Assembly: GCA_965232515.1 (NCBI GenBank)
Contig: CBDDPY010000002.1
Coordinates: forward strand, 1,088,001 to 1,152,000
Reading direction: 5' to 3'
Origin: Alphaproteobacteria bacterium
GTDB taxonomy: Bacteria > Pseudomonadota > Alphaproteobacteria > GCA-2731375
Length of the DNA stretch: 64,000 bases
Made by a program: the position numbers and the translations under genes. Below the pieces are notes generated by a model, which did no database searches, had not been told where the DNA came from, and saw only the letters and a program-made list of their open reading frames with translations. Shown one piece after another: positions 42,616-53,485 of the stretch (position 1 is its first letter; the number at the start of each line of letters is the position of its first letter).

Positions 42616-43893
42616 ATGTTCGACATACGCTGGATTCGGGACAACCCGGACGCATTCGATGCTGGCCTCGCCAAGCGCGGGCTGCCGGCGCAGGCCAGCC
42701 ATGTGCTCGATCTGGACTCGCGGCGCCGCTCCGCCGTCACTGAACTGCAGGAAGCACAGGCCCGACGCAACGAGGCGTCGAAACAGATCGGCGCGGCCAA
42801 GTCCAAGGGCGAGGATGCCGACGCACTGATCGCCGAAGTGGCGTCGCTGAAGCAGCGCATCCAGCAGGTCGAAGCCGACGAGGCATCGATCGGCGACGAG
42901 CTGGACGGCATCCTGGCCGGGCTGCCGAACCTGCCAGAGCCGGACGTGCCGGTCGGCGAGGACGAGGACGCCAACGTCGAGATCCGCCGGCACGGCGAGC
43001 AGCCGCGCATGAACTTCGAGCCCAAGCAGCATTTCGAGCTTGGCGAGGCCATGGGCCTGATGGATTTCGAGACGGCCGCGCGGCTGTCGGGCGCCCGGTT
43101 CGTCGTCCTGCGCGGCTTGCTGGCCCGGCTCGAACGGGCATTGGCCAGTTTCATGCTCGACATGCACACCACGGAATTCGGATATGAGGAGATCGTCGGC
43201 CCGCTGCTGGTGCGCGAGCACACGGCGTTCGGCACCGGCAACCTGCCGAAGTTCGAGGACGATCTGTTCAAGACCACCGACGGCTTCTACCTGATCCCGA
43301 CGTCTGAGATGGTGCTAACCAACCTGGTGCGCGAGCAGATCGTCGACGAGGAGACGCTGCCGCGGCGCTACACGGCCTATACGCCGTGCTTCCGCTCCGA
43401 AGCCGGGGCGGCCGGCAAGGACACCCGCGGCATGATCCGCCAGCACCAGTTCTCGAAGGTCGAGATGGTGAGCATCACCGCGCCCGAGGAATCGACGGCC
43501 GAGCATGAACGCATGACCGGCATCGCCGAGGAAGTCCTGAAGCGCCTCGGCCTGCATTACCGCGTGATGACGCTCAGCAGCGGCGATATGGGCTTCGCGG
43601 CCAAGAAGACCCTCGATATCGAGGTCTGGCTGCCGGGGCAGAACACCTTCCGCGAGATCTCGAGCTGCTCCAACTGCGGCGACTTTCAGGCGCGGCGCAT
43701 GCAGGCGCGCTGCCGGGCGGCGGGCGGCAAGGGCACGCGCTTCGTTCATACGCTGAACGGCTCGGGCCTGGCCATCGGCCGGACCATCGTGGCGATCCTG
43801 GAAAACTATCAGCGCGCGGACGGCACGGTCGCGGTACCCGAGGCGCTGCGTCCCTATCTCGGCGGCCTGGAGGTGATTTCCGCCGATGCCTAA
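42616..43893 (+). CDS. serS: Serine--tRNA ligase
   Basis: [38 protein letters not shown]. Confidence 0.97.
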   Translation: MFDIRWIRDNPDAFDAGLAKRGLPAQASHVLDLDSRRRSAVTELQEAQARRNEASKQIGAAKSKGEDADALIAEVASLKQRIQQVEADEASIGDELDGILAGLPNLPEPDVPVGEDEDANVEIRRHGEQPRMNFEPKQHFELGEAMGLMDFETAARLSGARFVVLRGLLARLERALASFMLDMHTTEFGYEEIVGPLLVREHTAFGTGNLPKFEDDLFKTTDGFYLIPTSEMVLTNLVREQIVDEETLPRRYTAYTPCFRSEAGAAGKDTRGMIRQHQFSKVEMVSITAPEESTAEHERMTGIAEEVLKRLGLHYRVMTLSSGDMGFAAKKTLDIEVWLPGQNTFREISSCSNCGDFQARRMQARCRAAGGKGTRFVHTLNGSGLAIGRTIVAILENYQRADGTVAVPEALRPYLGGLEVISADA

Positions 43894-44674
43894 AGCCGCC
43901 CGCGCCGATCTGTCGAAAGCCCGGATCCTGGTAACGAACGATGACGGCATTCACGCGCCCGGTCTGAAGGTGCTGGAGAAGATCGCCAGACAGCTGTCGA
44001 ACGACGTCTGGGTCGTGGCGCCGGAAACAGAGCAGAGCGGCGCCGGACACTCGCTGACCCTGACCTTGCCCCTGCGGGTACGGCACGTCTCGCGCCGCAA
44101 GTTCGCGGTGCGCGGCACGCCGACCGACTGCGTGATGATGGCCATGAACCAGCTGGTATCGGGCAAGCGGCCGGACTTGGTGCTGTCGGGCGTCAATCGC
44201 GGCGCCAACATGGGCGAGGACGTGACCTACTCAGGCACCATCGCCGCGGCCATGGAAGGCACACTGCTGGGCGTGCCGTCGGTCGCGCTCAGCCAAACCT
44301 ATCTCAATACCCATCCGCCGAAATGGGCGACGGCCGAACACCATGGACCGGACCTGATCCGCAGGCTGGTGGCCATCGGCTGGCCGTCCGACGTGTTGAT
44401 GAACATCAACTTTCCCGATGTGCTGCATGGCGCGGTCAAGGACGTCGTCGTCTGTCGCCAGGGCCGGCGGGATATCTCCAACCTGCACATCGATGCCCGC
44501 GTCGATGCCCGCGAGCAGCCTTACTACTGGCTTGGCTTCCGGCCCCGCATGGGCAAGCCGAAGCCGAACACGGATCTGGCCGTGGTCGATGCCGGCAATA
44601 TCTCGGTGACGCCGCTGCAGCTCGACCTGACCGACAATCGCACCCTGAAATCGCTGCGGGCGGCGCTCACGTGA
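43886..44674 (+). CDS. surE: 5'/3'-nucleotidase SurE
   Basis: [39 protein letters not shown]. Confidence 0.96.
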   Translation: MPKAARADLSKARILVTNDDGIHAPGLKVLEKIARQLSNDVWVVAPETEQSGAGHSLTLTLPLRVRHVSRRKFAVRGTPTDCVMMAMNQLVSGKRPDLVLSGVNRGANMGEDVTYSGTIAAAMEGTLLGVPSVALSQTYLNTHPPKWATAEHHGPDLIRRLVAIGWPSDVLMNINFPDVLHGAVKDVVVCRQGRRDISNLHIDARVDAREQPYYWLGFRPRMGKPKPNTDLAVVDAGNISVTPLQLDLTDNRTLKSLRAALT

Positions 44675-45309
44675 GCTTCGAGGCGAACAAGATCCGCCTC
44701 ATCATGGAGCTCCGCCGGGAGGGCATCAGCGACCGCAGCGTGCTGTCCGCCATTGAGCGCATTCCGCGCGAGGTCTTCGTTCCCGATCCGTTTCAGGATC
44801 GCGCCTACGATAACACCGCGCTGCCCATCAGCCAGGGTCAGACCATCAGCCAGCCCTTCGTCGTCGCCTTCATGACCCAGGAATTGCAGCTTGGCGACCG
44901 GATGAAGGTGTTGGAAGTCGGCACCGGCTCGGGTTACCAGGCCGCCATCCTGAGCCGACTTTGCCGCCGCGTTTACACCATCGAGCGCTACCGCTCGCTG
45001 CTTCAGGAGGCCAACCAGCGCTTCGAGCAGCTCCGCCTCTACAACATCACCACGCGGCTCGGCGACGGCAACAAAGGTTGGCCCGAGCAGGCGCCATTCG
45101 AGCGTATCATGGTGACGGCTGGCGCCGAGGCCGTGCCGCGGGCGCTCGCGGAACAGCTCGCCGATGGCGGCATCATGCTGGTCCCTGTCGGCCCGCGCGA
45201 AGAGCAGCAGATCGTCCGCGTTCGCCGCGACGGCGACGACTTTACGGAGCAAAACCTGCTGCCAGTCCGTTTTGTGCCCCTGGTCGAGGGCGTCGCCCGC
45301 GCCGGCTGA
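44671..45309 (+). CDS. pcm: Protein-L-isoaspartate O-methyltransferase
   Basis: GTG start overlapping the surE stop; GQTISQP, VLEVGTGSGYQAA, FVPLV. Confidence 0.95.
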   Translation: MSFEANKIRLIMELRREGISDRSVLSAIERIPREVFVPDPFQDRAYDNTALPISQGQTISQPFVVAFMTQELQLGDRMKVLEVGTGSGYQAAILSRLCRRVYTIERYRSLLQEANQRFEQLRLYNITTRLGDGNKGWPEQAPFERIMVTAGAEAVPRALAEQLADGGIMLVPVGPREEQQIVRVRRDGDDFTEQNLLPVRFVPLVEGVARAG

Positions 45310-45366
45310 AATTGGCGATGAACCGCCTAGAGGACATTATTCCGCCCGACCGGCGGCTCGGCGGCG

Positions 45367-45374
45367 TTAACCAT
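45367..45374. promoter_or_regulatory. CtrA half-site-like TTAACCAT upstream of the LysM/M23 gene
   Basis: Exact TTAACCAT about 45 bp before the start, same motif and similar position as at popZ. Confidence 0.4.
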
Positions 45375-45416
45375 ATCGGCATTGATCCGGCGAATCGGCC
45401 CGACTAGAGTGCCGGC

Positions 45417-46715
45417 ATGATTTGCGCCGGGGCAAATTCCGGATCCCGCCTGCTGACCGTGGCGGCATTGATGATGCTCGGCCTGTCGGCCTGTACGACG
45501 GTGTCGCCGGCGCCCGTCGTCTTCAAGGCCGGGCCGATCTCGGTGCCCGTGCCATCTACCGTCGCGCCGGGATCGGGAAGCAGCTCATCGCCGGTGGTCG
45601 CCACCCCACCGAGCGCCTTCATGGCCGATCAGCGCCAGCAGCGCACAGGCGTGCCGACCGTCGCGCCGCTTCCTTCACGCGCCGTGATGGCCGCGCCGTT
45701 GTCGACAGGTGAGGCGCCGCTGACCTCGGTTGCCGTGCGTTCCGCACCGCCATTGCCGCGCACCCGTCCGACCGCGACGAACACCGCCAGCATCGGCCCC
45801 GGCACCTACCAAGTGCAGCCGGGCGAAACGATCTTCGCCGTAGCCCGGAAGTCCAACGTGGCCATGCGCGATCTCATCGAGGCCAACGGCCTCGCATCGC
45901 CCTATCGGCTGCAGGCCGGTCAGCGCATCATCATTCCGCAGGCGCGCTATCACCGGGTGCAGGCCGGCGAGACGCTCTACGCCATCGCCCGACAGTATGA
46001 TGTCGATATGCCCAGCATCGTGCGGGCAAACGGTCTGACCGCCCCGTACACGGTAGCGGCCGGCCAGCGGCTCAGGCTGCCGGAGCGGCTGACGGAGGCA
46101 TCGACCCCCCGGAACGCCGCCGCGCCGGTGCGAACAGCGGTGACGACACAATCGCCGTCGACCGCGACGGCCGTCGCGGCAAAAAGCGCGCCACAGCCGA
46201 CAGTGCGGCCCTCGGCGACCAGCCAAGTTGCCGCCGTACCCCGGGTTATTCCGAAGCCCCCGCCACGTTCCGGTCGAACATTCGCCTGGCCGGTCGACGG
46301 ACGCGTCATCTCCCGCTTCGGCGGCAAGCCGGGCGGCATGCGTAATGACGGCATAAACATCGCGACCCGACGTGGCGCCGAGGTGAGGGCGGCCGAAGAC
46401 GGGGTCGTCGCCTATGCCGGCAACGAACTGAAGGGCTTCGGCAATATGCTGTTGCTGCGCCACGCCGACGGCTGGATGACGGCCTACGCCCACAACGAAA
46501 AGGTGCTGGTCAAACTGGGCGATCGGGTCCGCCGCGGCCAGGTCGTTGCCCGGGTCGGCAGCAGCGGCAACGTCACAACACCACAGCTACACTTCGAAAT
46601 CCGAAAAGGAACGGTCGCCGTCGACCCAAGCCGTCACCTGGACTCGCGGTCAGCCGCCAACGGCGGCAGCGGACCTAGAGCCGGACTTTCCGGCGGCCGG
46701 CCAAATCCTGGATAA
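45417..46715 (+). CDS. LysM + M23 peptidase-domain lipoprotein (NlpD/DipM-like)
   Basis: Lipobox LSAC, two LysM repeats, NDGINI, AYAH, PQLHFEIR; follows surE-pcm. Confidence 0.9.
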   Translation: MICAGANSGSRLLTVAALMMLGLSACTTVSPAPVVFKAGPISVPVPSTVAPGSGSSSSPVVATPPSAFMADQRQQRTGVPTVAPLPSRAVMAAPLSTGEAPLTSVAVRSAPPLPRTRPTATNTASIGPGTYQVQPGETIFAVARKSNVAMRDLIEANGLASPYRLQAGQRIIIPQARYHRVQAGETLYAIARQYDVDMPSIVRANGLTAPYTVAAGQRLRLPERLTEASTPRNAAAPVRTAVTTQSPSTATAVAAKSAPQPTVRPSATSQVAAVPRVIPKPPPRSGRTFAWPVDGRVISRFGGKPGGMRNDGINIATRRGAEVRAAEDGVVAYAGNELKGFGNMLLLRHADGWMTAYAHNEKVLVKLGDRVRRGQVVARVGSSGNVTTPQLHFEIRKGTVAVDPSRHLDSRSAANGGSGPRAGLSGGRPNPG

Positions 46716-47535
46716 ACTGCCAGGCCACGCGGCCGTTGCGGGCGCCGCGCGTCATCGACCATTCGATCGCTTCGGCCCGCAATTCGTCATCACCGATCTT
46801 GATGCCGAAATGATCGCAATAGCCACGGATCATGGTCAGGAACTCGTCCTGGCTGCAATTATGGAATCCCAGCCAGAGCCCGAAGCGGTCCGACAGCGAG
46901 ACCTTTTCCTCCACCGCCTCTGACGGACTGATCGCGGTCGAGCGCTCGTTCTCCATCATATCGCGCGGCATCAGGTGGCGTCGGTTCGAGGTGGCGTAGA
47001 AGATCACGTTTTCCGGCCGGCCCTCGATGCCGCCATCCAGAACGGCCTTCAGCGACTTGTAGCTGGTATCGTCGTGGTCGAAGGACAGATCGTCGCAGAA
47101 CAGCAGGAAAAACTGCGGCCGATCGCGCAGATGCTTCAGCAGCCGGGGCAGGGAAGGAATGTCTTCGCGGTGGATCTCGACCAGCTTCAAGGCGCCGCCA
47201 TGATCCGCCGCAATCGCCGCATGCACCGACTTCACCAGGCTGCTCTTGCCCATGCCGCGAGCGCCCCATAGGAGGGCGTTATTGGCCGGCAAGCCATCCG
47301 CGAACCGGCGGGTGTTCTCGAGCAGAATGTCGCGGTTTCGGTCGATCCCGTGCAGCAGTCCCAGATCGAGGCGGTTGACGGCCGACACGGGCTGCAACAC
47401 GTCGAGGTCCGCATGCCAGACAAAAGCATCGGCGGCGGCAAGGTCGGCGGCAGCCGCTTGCGGTGGCGCCAGACGCTCCAGGGCGTCGGCGATCCGCGTC
47501 AGCAGCGGTTCGATATTGTCGTCATTGGCGGACAT
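46675..47535 (-). CDS. AAA+ ATPase (DUF815 family)
   Basis: LLWGARGMGKSSLVK, FCDDLSF, YATSNRRHL, SLSDRFGLWLGF. Confidence 0.92.
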   Translation of the reverse strand: MSANDDNIEPLLTRIADALERLAPPQAAAADLAAADAFVWHADLDVLQPVSAVNRLDLGLLHGIDRNRDILLENTRRFADGLPANNALLWGARGMGKSSLVKSVHAAIAADHGGALKLVEIHREDIPSLPRLLKHLRDRPQFFLLFCDDLSFDHDDTSYKSLKAVLDGGIEGRPENVIFYATSNRRHLMPRDMMENERSTAISPSEAVEEKVSLSDRFGLWLGFHNCSQDEFLTMIRGYCDHFGIKIGDDELRAEAIEWSMTRGARNGRVAWQFIQDLAGRRKVRL

Positions 47536-47767
47536 TCGGCTTCAACAAACAATGATTGACGATAGTTGACAGGCCGGAGACGGCGGCTGATATAAGGCGC
47601 GAGAAACTATCATAAGATCGGCCCCGGTCAACTCGCCACCCTGTGCGAGGATCAGCAGCTGGGACTACAATTAAAACGTGCGCCAGCTCGTTCGGCGCAC
47701 AGCTTGCAAAGAACAGGGCCGCGGCTATAGTCCGCCGACGGCGCGCAGACAGACCGGAGAGACTTGG

Positions 47768-48172
47768 ATGTTCATTTCCCCCGCATACGCACAGGCCGGC
47801 GGGGCCGGCGGCGGCGATTTTCTGATCCAGCTTCTGCCGCTGGTGCTGATCTTCGTGGTCTTCTGGTTTTTCCTGATCCGCCCGCAGCAGAAGAAGATGA
47901 AGGATCACCGCGAGATGGTCTCGGCCCTGCGCCGTGGCGATCAGGTGGTTACGGGCGGCGGACTGATCGGCCGGGTCACCAAGGTAATCGACGACAATAC
48001 CTGCCAGGTAGAGTTGGCCGAGGGCGTGCGGGTCAAGGTCGTACGCAGCACCATCACCGATGTGCTGTCCCGCGGCGAGCCGGTGAAGGGCGCCAAGAGT
48101 GGCGGGGGCGACAGCAAGACCGAAGCGCCGGCGGAGAAGAAGTCACTGTTCAGCTTCGGCCAGAAAAAGTAG
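47768..48172 (+). CDS. yajC: Preprotein translocase subunit YajC
   Basis: FWFFLIRPQQKK, GDQVVTGGGLIG. Confidence 0.95.
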   Translation: MFISPAYAQAGGAGGGDFLIQLLPLVLIFVVFWFFLIRPQQKKMKDHREMVSALRRGDQVVTGGGLIGRVTKVIDDNTCQVELAEGVRVKVVRSTITDVLSRGEPVKGAKSGGGDSKTEAPAEKKSLFSFGQKK

Positions 48173-48191
48173 GCCAAACCGGAACCGCCAG

Positions 48192-49811
48192 ATGCTCTAT
48201 TTCGACAAGTGGAAGATCATTCTGGTGGCGCTGGTCTGCGTCACCGGCGTGCTCTTCTCGGTGCCGAATTTCTTCGACCGCCAGACAACGCAAGGCTGGC
48301 CGGACTGGATCCCGAACCAACAGGTCAATCTCGGTCTCGACCTCCAGGGCGGTGCGCACCTTCTGTTCCAGGTCGAAGTCGATGCCGTCGTCAAGGAGCG
48401 GCTGGAAAACCTGGTCGACGGCATTCGCTCGGTGCTGCGTGAGGAACGGGTCGGCTATCGCGGTCTTGGCGTCGATGGCGATGCCGCCACGTTGACCCTT
48501 CGCGATCCGTCGCAACGCGAACTCGCCATGGGGCAGATTCAAACGCTGGCGACGACACTCGCGATCAACCCGCTCACGGGTGTCGGCGGCGGCAGCGACA
48601 TTGAAATTCTCACTCGGGGCGACGACGGCATCGCTGTCGTCCTGACCGAGGACGCGATCATCGAAGCCCAACGATCGGCCGTCGAGCAGTCGGTCGAGAT
48701 CGTCCGCCGCCGCATCGACGAACTCGGCACGCGGGAGCCATCGATCCAGCGCCAGGGCGACGACCGAATTCTGGTCCAGGTGCCCGGCGAAAACGATCCG
48801 CAGCGGATCATCGACATCATCGGCAAGACGGCCAAGATGGTGTTCAGGTTGGTCGATGTCACCACCAGCCCGGCCGACGGCCTGCGTGGCCGTATTCCGG
48901 CCGGCTCGGAGTTGCTGCCTTCATCTGAAAAGCTGTCCGACGGCACGCCGGCCGAATACTTCGTCGTCCGCAAGCGCGTGATGGTGAGCGGCGACAGCCT
49001 GGTGGACGCGCAACCCAGCTTTCAGGATGGCCAACCCGTCGTCAGCTTCCGGTTCGATTCCGTGGGCGCCAAGAAGTTCGGCGACGCCACACGGCAGAAT
49101 GTCCAACGGCCGTTCGCCATCGTTCTCGACAACGAAGTGATCAGCGCGCCCGTCATTCGCGAGCCAATTCTGGGTGGCTCCGGCGTCATCTCCGGCAACT
49201 TCACCGTCCAGGGCGTTAACGATCTCGCCACATTGCTGCGCGCCGGCGCCTTGCCGGCGCCGTTATCGGTGCTCGAGCAGCGCGCCGTCGGCCCCTCGCT
49301 CGGCGCCGACTCGATCGCGGCTGGGCAGATCGCCTGCATCATCGCCTTTCTGGCCGTCATGGTGTTCATGGGGCTCGCCTACGGCATCTTCGGCCTGGTC
49401 GCCAACATGGCGCTGATTATCAACGTGTTCATCATTATGGGCGCGCTGTCGGCGTTGCAGGCGACGCTGACACTGCCCGGCATCGCCGGCATCGTGCTGA
49501 CCATCGGCATGGCGGTCGACGCCAACGTGCTGGTCTTCGAGCGCATCCGCGAAGAGATCAATACCGGCAAGACACCGTTCGCGGCCATGGAGGCCGGTTA
49601 CCAGCGGGCCATCGGCACGATCCTGGACGCCAACGTGACGACCTTCATCGCTGCCGTGATCCTGTTCGCCATGGGCTCGGGACCAATCAAAGGCTTTGCC
49701 GTGACGCTCGGGATCGGCATCCTGACCTCCGTATTCACGGCCGTGATGGTGACCCGCATGGTCCTGGTAACCTGGCTGCGGCGCAGCCGGCCCGTCGCGC
49801 TGCCGATCTAG
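48192..49811 (+). CDS. secD: Protein translocase subunit SecD
   Basis: LGLDLQGG, RRRIDELG, GMAVDANVLVFERIREE. Confidence 0.96.
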   Translation: MLYFDKWKIILVALVCVTGVLFSVPNFFDRQTTQGWPDWIPNQQVNLGLDLQGGAHLLFQVEVDAVVKERLENLVDGIRSVLREERVGYRGLGVDGDAATLTLRDPSQRELAMGQIQTLATTLAINPLTGVGGGSDIEILTRGDDGIAVVLTEDAIIEAQRSAVEQSVEIVRRRIDELGTREPSIQRQGDDRILVQVPGENDPQRIIDIIGKTAKMVFRLVDVTTSPADGLRGRIPAGSELLPSSEKLSDGTPAEYFVVRKRVMVSGDSLVDAQPSFQDGQPVVSFRFDSVGAKKFGDATRQNVQRPFAIVLDNEVISAPVIREPILGGSGVISGNFTVQGVNDLATLLRAGALPAPLSVLEQRAVGPSLGADSIAAGQIACIIAFLAVMVFMGLAYGIFGLVANMALIINVFIIMGALSALQATLTLPGIAGIVLTIGMAVDANVLVFERIREEINTGKTPFAAMEAGYQRAIGTILDANVTTFIAAVILFAMGSGPIKGFAVTLGIGILTSVFTAVMVTRMVLVTWLRRSRPVALPI

Positions 49812-49820
49812 GAACGCACC

Positions 49821-50774
49821 ATGCTGACGCTCCGCCTGGTTCCGGCCAAGACCAACGTCCGCTTCATTGACTGGCGCAAGCCGGCGATGTTCCTGTCGGC
49901 CGCCGCCGTCGTGCTGTCGATCATCTTCAGTTTCGCGCCGGGCCTGAACTTCGGCATCGACTTCCGCGGCGGCATTCTGATCGAGATCCGCACGCCCGGC
50001 GTCGCCGACCTCGGGCAGATGCGCAGCGATCTCGGCGGCCTGGGACTGGGCGGCGTCGAGCTGCAGGAATTCGGCGCCGACACCGATGTACTGATCCGGA
50101 TCGAGCGCCAGCCGGGCGACGCGAGCGCGCAGCAGCGGGCGGTCGAGAAGGTCCGCGCCAAGCTGTCCGAAACGATCGGCGAGGGCATCGACTATCGGCG
50201 CCAGGAATTCGTCGGTCCCAAGGTCAGCGGCGAATTGATCGAGGCCGGCACCATCGCCGTCGTGCTCGCCGTCGTGCTGATGCTGGTCTACATCTGGTTC
50301 CGCTTCGAATGGCATTTCGGCGTCGGCGCCGTGATCGCGCTGGTGCACGACGTCGTCCTGTCGATCGGCATGTTTGCGATCACGCAGCTCGAGTTCAATC
50401 TATCGACCATCGCGGCGCTGCTGACCATCGTCGGTTACTCGATCAACGATACGGTGGTGGTCTATGACCGGATCCGCGAGAACCTGCGTAAGTACAAGCA
50501 GATGCCGATGCCGGAGCTGCTGAACGTCTCGATCAACGACACGCTGTCGCGCACCACCATGACCTCGGTGACGACGCTGCTGGCGCTGTTCGCGCTGTTC
50601 ATCTTTGGCGGCGCGGTGATCCAAGGCTTCGTCGCGGCCATGATCTGGGGCGTTCTCGTCGGCACCTATTCGTCGATCTTCGTTGCCGCGCCGCTGCTGA
50701 TCGTCCTGGGCCTGAGCCGCCGCCACCGCGACGACGAGGACAACAAGACGGTGCCGGCCACCCAGGCAGACTAG
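49821..50774 (+). CDS. secF: Protein translocase subunit SecF
   Basis: GIDFRGG, GYSINDTVVVYDRIREN, GTYSSIFVA. Confidence 0.96.
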   Translation: MLTLRLVPAKTNVRFIDWRKPAMFLSAAAVVLSIIFSFAPGLNFGIDFRGGILIEIRTPGVADLGQMRSDLGGLGLGGVELQEFGADTDVLIRIERQPGDASAQQRAVEKVRAKLSETIGEGIDYRRQEFVGPKVSGELIEAGTIAVVLAVVLMLVYIWFRFEWHFGVGAVIALVHDVVLSIGMFAITQLEFNLSTIAALLTIVGYSINDTVVVYDRIRENLRKYKQMPMPELLNVSINDTLSRTTMTSVTTLLALFALFIFGGAVIQGFVAAMIWGVLVGTYSSIFVAAPLLIVLGLSRRHRDDEDNKTVPATQAD

Positions 50775-50781
50775 GCGCGAC

Positions 50782-51159
50782 ATGGACATTTCGCCACCGG
50801 TCCTGAAGAACCGGCAGCTGATCCAGGCTTACGGCGACAACGGCTTTCGTATTGCCGATCAGCGCTACGACCATCCCGTCATCGTCATGTCCGACCGAAC
50901 GGTGCCATGGACCGGCGGCGAGATTGCCAATGTCACGCCCGAGAGCCTGGAACCGCTGCGGGCCGCCGAGCCGGCGGTCGAGCTGCTGTTGATCGGCTGC
51001 GGGCGGTCGATCGCCTACGTGCCGGACGACCTGCGCCAGGCGCTGCGCGCGTGGGGCATCGTCATCGACGCCATGGACACCGGCGCCGCCTGCCGCACCT
51101 ACAACGTGCTGTTGACCGAAGAACGCCGCGTCGCCGCGGCCCTGATCCCCATCGCCTGA
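50782..51159 (+). CDS. Mth938-like (DUF498) protein
   Basis: MDTGAACRTYNVLLTEERRVAAAL; usual position after secF. Confidence 0.92.
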   Translation: MDISPPVLKNRQLIQAYGDNGFRIADQRYDHPVIVMSDRTVPWTGGEIANVTPESLEPLRAAEPAVELLLIGCGRSIAYVPDDLRQALRAWGIVIDAMDTGAACRTYNVLLTEERRVAAALIPIA

Positions 51160-51165
51160 GGCGGC

Positions 51166-52005
51166 TCAGGCCGCCAGCAGGGCTTCCGTCAATGCGTCCG
51201 GCGCCAGCAACATGGCGTCGTGATGCGTGTCGAGCCCGACGTAGATCCAGCGGTCGTCGCCCTTCACCTTGTCGCCCATCGCCTGGAACAGCGGGTTCGG
51301 GTTGGCCTCGCAGCGAATGAAAGTGTAGCGAACGCTGTCCCGCATCGGCTCGCCCTTGACCGGTTGCAGAAAGGTCAGGGGCGATTGGGGCCGCAGCCGG
51401 GCCGCGACCCAATCCCGGACCTTCGGGTCGGTCAATCCCCACAGCTTGGCCATCATTTCCGGCGGACGGGGTGGCACGCTCTTTCCCTCGGCATGCAGCT
51501 TTTCGAAGTTCTGCTTCACCTTGGGCGGGATATAGTCGGCCAGGCCCTTGCCGTTCTCCGGCACCAACGCGTCCAGGTACACGGCGGCCTGCACGCGCTG
51601 CGGCGCCTGCGCCAGAACGCCGGCGATCACCATGCCGCCGTAGCTGTGGCCGACCAGCACGACGTCGCGCAGATCCTCCATCTCCATGTGCGCGATCACG
51701 TCCTGAACATGCATGTCCAGGCCGATCTCCGAGCTGGCGAGGTGCGCGCGTTCGCCAAGCCCCGCCAGCGTGGGCGACGATGCCGGATAGCCCGCGCGCC
51801 AAAGGCGCTCGGTCACTGGCCGCCAGGCCCAGCCGCCGTGCCAAGCGCCGTGGATCAGAACAAAGGGGCGCTTTCCAGCCGGCGCTTGTGCATGGCTCGT
51901 CCCGGCTTGTCCCGCGGCTGCCACGGCCATTCCGGCCGCCGCGAGCTTCAGCGTGTCACGGCGTCGAATTAGCGCGTGTTGATCTGATCGCCTCGAATTC
52001 CTCAT
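51166..52005 (-). CDS. Tat-exported alpha/beta hydrolase (esterase)
   Basis: RRDTLKLAAAG Tat signal; HGAWHGGW, GHSYGG nucleophile, HDAM catalytic His; GGAGG RBS. Confidence 0.88.
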   Translation of the reverse strand: MRNSRRSDQHALIRRRDTLKLAAAGMAVAAAGQAGTSHAQAPAGKRPFVLIHGAWHGGWAWRPVTERLWRAGYPASSPTLAGLGERAHLASSEIGLDMHVQDVIAHMEMEDLRDVVLVGHSYGGMVIAGVLAQAPQRVQAAVYLDALVPENGKGLADYIPPKVKQNFEKLHAEGKSVPPRPPEMMAKLWGLTDPKVRDWVAARLRPQSPLTFLQPVKGEPMRDSVRYTFIRCEANPNPLFQAMGDKVKGDDRWIYVGLDTHHDAMLLAPDALTEALLAA

Positions 52006-52033
52006 GACCTTCCTCCCATTCATTGTGGCGTCG

Positions 52034-53485
52034 TTATGCTTCTTCCATCGGAACCGGCGTGGCGCCCGGCGCGCCAACGGTCATTGCCGCCTCGCGTCCG
52101 CCGAAGCGCGCGACCAGCGCCGCCTGGTCTCGCTTCGCATGCGCATCGACCATTGCCGGATCGCAGATCTCGCGCAGCAACACGTCCATCTCAGCGACGA
52201 CGCCGGCATGAGCAGGGTCGTCGGCAAGATCGGTGGTCTCCTCAGGATCGGTTTGGAGGTCGAAGAGCTCCGGCTGGAAGCCCACGTAGTGGTGGTACTT
52301 CCAACGGCCCTTGCGCAGCATGAAAGCCCCGGACGGCGCGCCGATCGCATGGTATTCGCTAATGACCAGGCGCGTCGGCTCGTCCGGACCGCCGGCAAGT
52401 TCGAGCAACGACCTTCCTGGCTTTGTGGCGGCGTCCACCGGCGTAGGCAGGTCGAAGCTCTGCAGGATCGTCGGGTAGAGGTCGATCAGGCTGACCGGCG
52501 TGGTGCGGACGGCAGTTTCGATGCCGGGTCCGGCCATGATCATCGGGACCGCGACGGACTCCTGATAAAGGTTGGATTTTCCCCAAAGCCCGCGTGCGCC
52601 GACATTGTCGCCGTGATCGCTGGTGTAGATCACGCGCGTCGTCTCGGATAACCCGGTTTCGTCCAGCGTATCCAGCACCTGGCCGATATTGTGGTCGACC
52701 CAGCTGCAAAGTCCGTAGTAGGCGGCAACCGCCGTCAGGCGCTCCTCGTCGTCGCGAAAGGCGGCGTCATGGCTCCAGAACGCATCATGTGCCGTGATCC
52801 AGGGATGCCGTTCGTAGCCCGTGCGCGGATGCAGCTTCGGCAGACCGATCGTGTCCAAGGGATAGAGCTCGAAGAATTCCGGCGGAACGACTAGCGGAAA
52901 ATGTGGCGCGACGAAGCCGACGAACAGGCACCACGGTTGGCCGTCGCGCGCATCGGCACGCGCCTGCAGCCACGCGATCGCCCGGTCGGCGACTGAGCGG
53001 TCGTAACGCGTATAATTGGATTCGCCGGGCCCGATATGGTCGCCCAACATGCGATGGCCGTGGGGACGGCGGTCGGGCAGGGGGTCACGGATCGAGCCCC
53101 AGACCATGCCGTGCCCGTTGTAGATATGCATCGGGATGTGCTCGACGTCGAAGCCGGCATCGTCCTCGGCATTGCGGTAGTGCAGCTTGCCGATCGACTC
53201 GACCCGGATACCGGCATCCTGCAGCGCATGCCCCCAGCCGCGCACGCGACCGTCATAGGCGATGGCGTTGTCCCAATAACCGATCCGGTGAACATGGTCG
53301 CCCGTCGCGAACGCGGCCCTGGCCGGCACGCAAATCGAGCTCGGCGTATACGCGTTTGCGAACCGCGTGCCCCCGGCGGCCAGGCGGTCGAGATTTGGCG
53401 TTTTCACCATGGCATGGCCTGAGACGCCCATGTAACGCGGGTCGTGCTCGTCCGACATGATGATGACGAGGTTAGGCGGCGCCAT
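52034..53485 (-). CDS. Cys-type sulfatase (choline-sulfatase-like), cytoplasmic
   Basis: NLVIIMSDEH, CVPAR (CxPxR), GKLH, SDHGD...GK; no signal peptide. Confidence 0.92.
   Translation of the reverse strand: MAPPNLVIIMSDEHDPRYMGVSGHAMVKTPNLDRLAAGGTRFANAYTPSSICVPARAAFATGDHVHRIGYWDNAIAYDGRVRGWGHALQDAGIRVESIGKLHYRNAEDDAGFDVEHIPMHIYNGHGMVWGSIRDPLPDRRPHGHRMLGDHIGPGESNYTRYDRSVADRAIAWLQARADARDGQPWCLFVGFVAPHFPLVVPPEFFELYPLDTIGLPKLHPRTGYERHPWITAHDAFWSHDAAFRDDEERLTAVAAYYGLCSWVDHNIGQVLDTLDETGLSETTRVIYTSDHGDNVGARGLWGKSNLYQESVAVPMIMAGPGIETAVRTTPVSLIDLYPTILQSFDLPTPVDAATKPGRSLLELAGGPDEPTRLVISEYHAIGAPSGAFMLRKGRWKYHHYVGFQPELFDLQTDPEETTDLADDPAHAGVVAEMDVLLREICDPAMVDAHAKRDQAALVARFGGREAAMTVGAPGATPVPMEEA

Noticed and set aside
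18324-45309. Two isoaspartyl methyltransferases as repair partners of the Asp-Gly-rich protein
   Set aside because: Both sit in standard alphaproteobacterial contexts (before tolC; after surE) and are cytoplasmic, whereas the poly-Asp protein is exported.
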